A DNA stretch of 64,000 nt from an uncultured Verrucomicrobia subdivision 3 bacterium (GTDB taxonomy: Bacteria; Verrucomicrobiota; Verrucomicrobiia; Limisphaerales; UBA11358). Shown here piece after piece: positions 60,729 through 64,000 of this stretch. The notes beneath the pieces were generated by a model that worked only from the letters and a program-made list of their open reading frames with translations, ran no database searches and was not told the origin of the DNA. The stretch is taken from assembly GCA_903872345.1 (NCBI GenBank), contig CAIQKM010000174.1:8019-72018 (forward strand). Reading direction: 5' to 3'. A program made the translations under genes and the position numbers. The first letter of the stretch is position 1, and every line of letters starts with the position of its first letter.

Positions 60729-62342
60729 ATGACAAGCCGCTCATTTCCCATCCACAGCTCCCGCAAATCGCTCGCCATTTGCTGCTTCCTCCTGGCCGCC
60801 GCCGTTACAGCGGTTGCCGGCGCCGCCACGAACGACCTGCCGGCACGGATCATTTCCGCCGACCTCCAGCAGCCCAACGGCCCGCTCAACACCATGTTCA
60901 AATTCTGCGTCGGGGCCGGTCGTGCAAACGAGGGCCTGCGCGCCGACTGGCAGCGCCAACTGACCGTCGCCCATCAGGAATGCGGCTTCCAATACATCCG
61001 CATGCACGGTTTGTTCACCGACGACATGGGCGTCTATCGCGATTACACCGGCAAGCCCGAATACAACTGGCAGTACATTGACGAGCTTTACGATTTTCTT
61101 CACCGCATCGGCATGAAGCCGTTTGTGGAACTCGGCTTCATGCCCCAAGGCCTCGCCAGCGGTTCCAAGACCATCTTTTGGTGGAGGGGCAACGTGACGC
61201 CGCCCCGCGATATGAACAAGTGGGCGGATTTCATCCGCGCCTTCGTCCTCCACGAACGGGAACGCTACGGCGACGCCGAGGTGCGCACCTGGTTTTTCGA
61301 GGTCTGGAACGAACCCAACCTCACCGACGGCTTCTGGGCCGGCACACAGCAGCAGTATTTTGACCTCTACGCCGCGACCGCGCGCGCCATCAAGAGCGTT
61401 TCTCCGGATTACAAGGTGGGCGGCCCCGGCACCGCCGGCTGCGGCTGGATAAAAGAATTCCTTCATTTTTGCGACACCAACCATGCGCCCGTGGATTTCG
61501 TATCCACGCACACCTACGGCGTGGAAAGCGGTTATCTGGACGAGACCGCCACCCACGGCACGGCCCTTTCCCGGAACCCCAACTCCATCTTCGGCGAAGT
61601 GAAACAGGTGCGGCAGCAGATTAGCCATTCGGCCACTCCCAACCTGGAACTCCACTTCACCGAATGGAGCAGTTCCTACACGCCCGCCGATCCCTTTCAC
61701 GACAGCTATCACAGCGCCGCCTACATACTGGACAAGCTCAAAAAATGCGGCGACGCCCCCAATTCCATGTCCTACTGGACCTTCACGGACATCTTCGAGG
61801 AATCCGGTCCGCGCTGGGAGGCCTTTCACGGCGGCTTCGGCCTCATGAATTATCAGGACATCAAAAAGCCGTCGTTTTATGCGTATCAATTCCTGAACCG
61901 GCTCGGCCCCACCGAATTAAAAAGCAGCGATCCGTCGTCGTGGATTTGCACCGACAAAGACGGCGGGGTGCAGGCGTTGGTTTGGGACTTCACCAACACC
62001 TTCCCGGAAAAGGACATGATCAATCAGGTCTTCTACAAACGCGATTTGCCGGCGACGGCCAAAAACCGGGTCACGCTGGATTTGTCCCACCTGCCCAAGG
62101 GCAAATACACCGTCGAGACTTACAAAGTGGGCTATCGTGTGAACGACGCCTATGCCACCTATCACGATATCGGCTCCCCGGCGCAGCTCACCGTGGCGCA
62201 GGTCGCTGAAATCAAATCCAAGAACAGCGGCGCGCCGTTGGAAACCAAGACCGTGAAAATCGGCCGCGATGGAAAGTTCGCGCAGCAGTTCGACATCCGT
62301 GACAACGACGCCGTGCTGGTCACGCTCAAGCCCGTACGGTAA
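60729..62342 (+). CDS. GH39 beta-xylosidase-type glycoside hydrolase, secreted
   Basis: YIRMHGLF, FFEVWNEPNL (acid/base), KVGGPG, VDFVSTHTY, HFTEW (nucleophile region) and SYWTFTDIFEE..FHGGFGL are collinear with recalled Thermoanaerobacterium XynB. Confidence 0.9.
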   Translation: MTSRSFPIHSSRKSLAICCFLLAAAVTAVAGAATNDLPARIISADLQQPNGPLNTMFKFCVGAGRANEGLRADWQRQLTVAHQECGFQYIRMHGLFTDDMGVYRDYTGKPEYNWQYIDELYDFLHRIGMKPFVELGFMPQGLASGSKTIFWWRGNVTPPRDMNKWADFIRAFVLHERERYGDAEVRTWFFEVWNEPNLTDGFWAGTQQQYFDLYAATARAIKSVSPDYKVGGPGTAGCGWIKEFLHFCDTNHAPVDFVSTHTYGVESGYLDETATHGTALSRNPNSIFGEVKQVRQQISHSATPNLELHFTEWSSSYTPADPFHDSYHSAAYILDKLKKCGDAPNSMSYWTFTDIFEESGPRWEAFHGGFGLMNYQDIKKPSFYAYQFLNRLGPTELKSSDPSSWICTDKDGGVQALVWDFTNTFPEKDMINQVFYKRDLPATAKNRVTLDLSHLPKGKYTVETYKVGYRVNDAYATYHDIGSPAQLTVAQVAEIKSKNSGAPLETKTVKIGRDGKFAQQFDIRDNDAVLVTLKPVR

Positions 62343-62433
62343 TAATGTCTCAGATCGTTCCCGCGATTGCAGGTCGCTGGGGTGTTCGGGTACTGACTGC
62401 CAAATCAGGCTGGAAAACAAATTCAATGTTCCT

Positions 62434-63972
62434 ATGAACAAGCTGACGCATCAACTCGCCGCGATCGCCGCCTTTGTCATACTAGGTGTGGCGGCTAATC
62501 TCCCCGCTCAGACCGCGCCGCCCGCGCCCGTCCGCGTGGCGGGCGGATTGGTTCAGGGAACCGCTGAAGACGGATTGGCGGTCTATCGCGGGATCCCGTT
62601 TGCCACGCCACCGGTCGGCGACCTGCGCTGGCGCGCCCCGCAACCCGCCGCGAAATGGGACGGCGTCCGATCCGCAACGCAATTTGGCCCCATGCCCGTT
62701 CAAGGCGGGAATGGCTCCGAAGATTGCCTGTATCTGAATGTCTGGACGCCCGCCAAATCCGCGTCCGACCACCTGCCCGTGCTTGTCTGGATTTATGGCG
62801 GCGGATTTGGCGCGGGCTCGACGTCCGACCCAAACTACAGCGGCGAGCAACTGGCCAAGAAAGGCGTCGTGTTCGTCAGCATCGCCTACCGGGTCGGCCA
62901 GCTCGGTTTTCTGGCGCATCCAGAATTGAGCGCCGGAACCACCAACCACGTTTCCGGCAACTACGGTTTGCTCGACCAGCTTGCCGGCCTGGAGTGGGTG
63001 CAAAAGAACATCGCCGCATTTGGTGGCAATCCACACCAGGTGACGATTTTCGGCGAATCCGCCGGCGCCATTTCGGTCAGCATGTTGTGCGCATCGCCGC
63101 TGGCCAAAGGGCTGTTCCACGGGGCCATTTCGCAAAGCGGCGGCTCCTTCGGCCCTTCCCGCCCCACCACGCTGCCCGGCGAGAACATGCGACCGCTTGC
63201 CGCTGCGGAACAAGCCGGCGTGGCTTACGCCCGGGGTGCGACCATCGCCGAACTCCGCAAACTTACCCCCGACAAGCTTCCGCCCGGCCCCGGCTTTGGC
63301 TTATCCTGGCCGATCATTGATGGCTGGGTGATTCCCGGCGACCAATACCAGCTTTACGCCGCCGGCAAATATAACGACACGCCCGTCCTCATCGGTTACA
63401 ACTCCGACGAAGGTGCCAGCTTCTGGCCGCCGAAAACCCCGGAAGCCTACCTCATCAGCGTCCATAACCGTTACGGCCAGTTCGCCGATGATTTGATCAA
63501 AGCCTATCCGGTCGGCACCAACACGGTTCCTAAAACTGCGCGCGACCTGATGCGCGATACCGCCTTTGGCTGGCAAACGTGGAGTTGGGCGCGACTCCAG
63601 TCGCGTACCGGCAAGTCCAAGGTCTTCTACTATTATTTCGACCAACACGCCGAAAACCAGGCCGGCTCGTGGCACGGCATGGACGTCTCCTATGTCTTCC
63701 ACCATCTCAACCCAAACAACCCGCAGACCACCAAGGCCGATTTGGCGATTTCAGACGCCATGTCCACATACTGGGTAAACTTCGCCAAACACGGTGATCC
63801 GAATGACAGCGACCTGCCCGCATGGCCGGCCTACAGCGACCGCCAGCCGCAAGTGATGTATTTCAGTCAAACGCCCCACCTCGGCCCCGTGCCCGGCGGC
63901 GACTCGCTCAAAGTCCTGGATGATTACTTCGCCTGGCGGCGGACGCCCGCAGGCGCAGCGTGGGCGAAATAG
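62434..63972 (+). CDS. Type-B carboxylesterase/lipase family esterase, secreted
   Basis: YRGIPFATPPVGDLRWRAP, EDCLYLNVW, VWIYGGGF and the nucleophile elbow FGESAGA. The start chosen is ATG 62434 (MNKLTHQLAAIAAFVILG); the track ORF begins inside GH39. Confidence 0.9.
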   Translation: MNKLTHQLAAIAAFVILGVAANLPAQTAPPAPVRVAGGLVQGTAEDGLAVYRGIPFATPPVGDLRWRAPQPAAKWDGVRSATQFGPMPVQGGNGSEDCLYLNVWTPAKSASDHLPVLVWIYGGGFGAGSTSDPNYSGEQLAKKGVVFVSIAYRVGQLGFLAHPELSAGTTNHVSGNYGLLDQLAGLEWVQKNIAAFGGNPHQVTIFGESAGAISVSMLCASPLAKGLFHGAISQSGGSFGPSRPTTLPGENMRPLAAAEQAGVAYARGATIAELRKLTPDKLPPGPGFGLSWPIIDGWVIPGDQYQLYAAGKYNDTPVLIGYNSDEGASFWPPKTPEAYLISVHNRYGQFADDLIKAYPVGTNTVPKTARDLMRDTAFGWQTWSWARLQSRTGKSKVFYYYFDQHAENQAGSWHGMDVSYVFHHLNPNNPQTTKADLAISDAMSTYWVNFAKHGDPNDSDLPAWPAYSDRQPQVMYFSQTPHLGPVPGGDSLKVLDDYFAWRRTPAGAAWAK

Positions 63973-63984
63973 GGCGTTGAAGAA

Positions 63985-64000
63985 GTAGCAGCCGACGTGA
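63985..64000. repeat. REPIN-like element, copy 4 (left arm only, cut by the window end)
   Basis: TGAAGAAGTAGCAGCCGACGTGA shares both the arm and the 5' flank TGAAGAA with copy 3. It lies 12 nt after stop 63972. Confidence 0.7.

Noticed and set aside
60015-61081. ORFs 60015..60425 (136 aa) and 60455..61081 (208 aa) in the gaps around the small lipoprotein gene.
   Set aside because: They read through short-repeat arrays and hairpin motifs, or overlap the GH39 gene out of frame. They have no domain features.
1-64000. A scan for tRNA, rRNA, tmRNA, riboswitch-like leaders, integrases, transposases and toxin-antitoxin or defence genes.
   Set aside because: By eye I found no sequence with the conserved T-loop/acceptor pattern, no rRNA-like stretch and no such protein motif. 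A proper tRNAscan, Infernal and defence-finder run would be needed to exclude them formally.

Overview
This is a GC-rich chromosomal segment that looks like a PVC-superphylum genome, probably Verrucomicrobiota. That assignment is an inference from three things: two prepilin-type H-X9-DG proteins, giant secreted proteins built from Ig-like, LamG and autotransporter-associated beta-strand repeats, and several families of intergenic repeats. I saw no rRNA, tRNA, CRISPR array, transposase or phage gene.

Gene content, left to right:
- 879-4946 (-): a YtrA-like GntR / ABC ATPase / permease operon. The permease is fused to a C-terminal RCC1-like beta-propeller.
- 5886-10240 (-): a GH29 alpha-L-fucosidase clustered with a fucokinase-like GHMP kinase, a tandem cytidylyltransferase-fold protein and a plant-type GDP-mannose 3,5-epimerase.
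- 11327-16636 (-): a tightly coupled five-gene sugar-acid operon flanked by two AraC regulators. It encodes an enolase-superfamily dehydratase, a Gfo/Idh/MocA oxidoreductase, a signal-less solute-binding-protein-like protein, a TIM-barrel isomerase/lyase-like protein and a DHDPS-family aldolase.
- 17.8-64 kb: a roughly 46-kb carbohydrate-active-enzyme region without SusC/D. It holds four giant modular secreted proteins (two carry GH5 or clan GH-A catalytic cores), GH51, malectin-GH3, three GH29 genes (37725-39347; 35326-37710, which has F5/8-C domains; and 7529-9070 in the salvage cluster at the left of the window), a beta-helix-PDZ protein, two GH2, GH31, GH39, a type-B carboxylesterase and one 634-aa unknown. 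A propeller/Y_Y_Y histidine kinase (49.8-52.9 kb) and a LuxR-type response regulator (22.1-22.7 kb) sit about 27 kb apart, at opposite ends of the leftward transcription units.

Most notable observations:
- Two adjacent giant enzymes share DNA-level-conserved N- and C-terminal modules around unrelated catalytic cores.
- All four giant proteins end in a module terminating in FYR[VL].
- A REPIN-like hairpin family with GTAG/CTAC feet shows a compensatory double substitution in one copy.
- The fucose/L-galactose activation cluster may use a non-canonical nucleotidyltransferase.
- A cytoplasmic SBP-fold protein is embedded in an enzyme operon.

All family assignments come from motif recognition by eye. 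No database search was possible.
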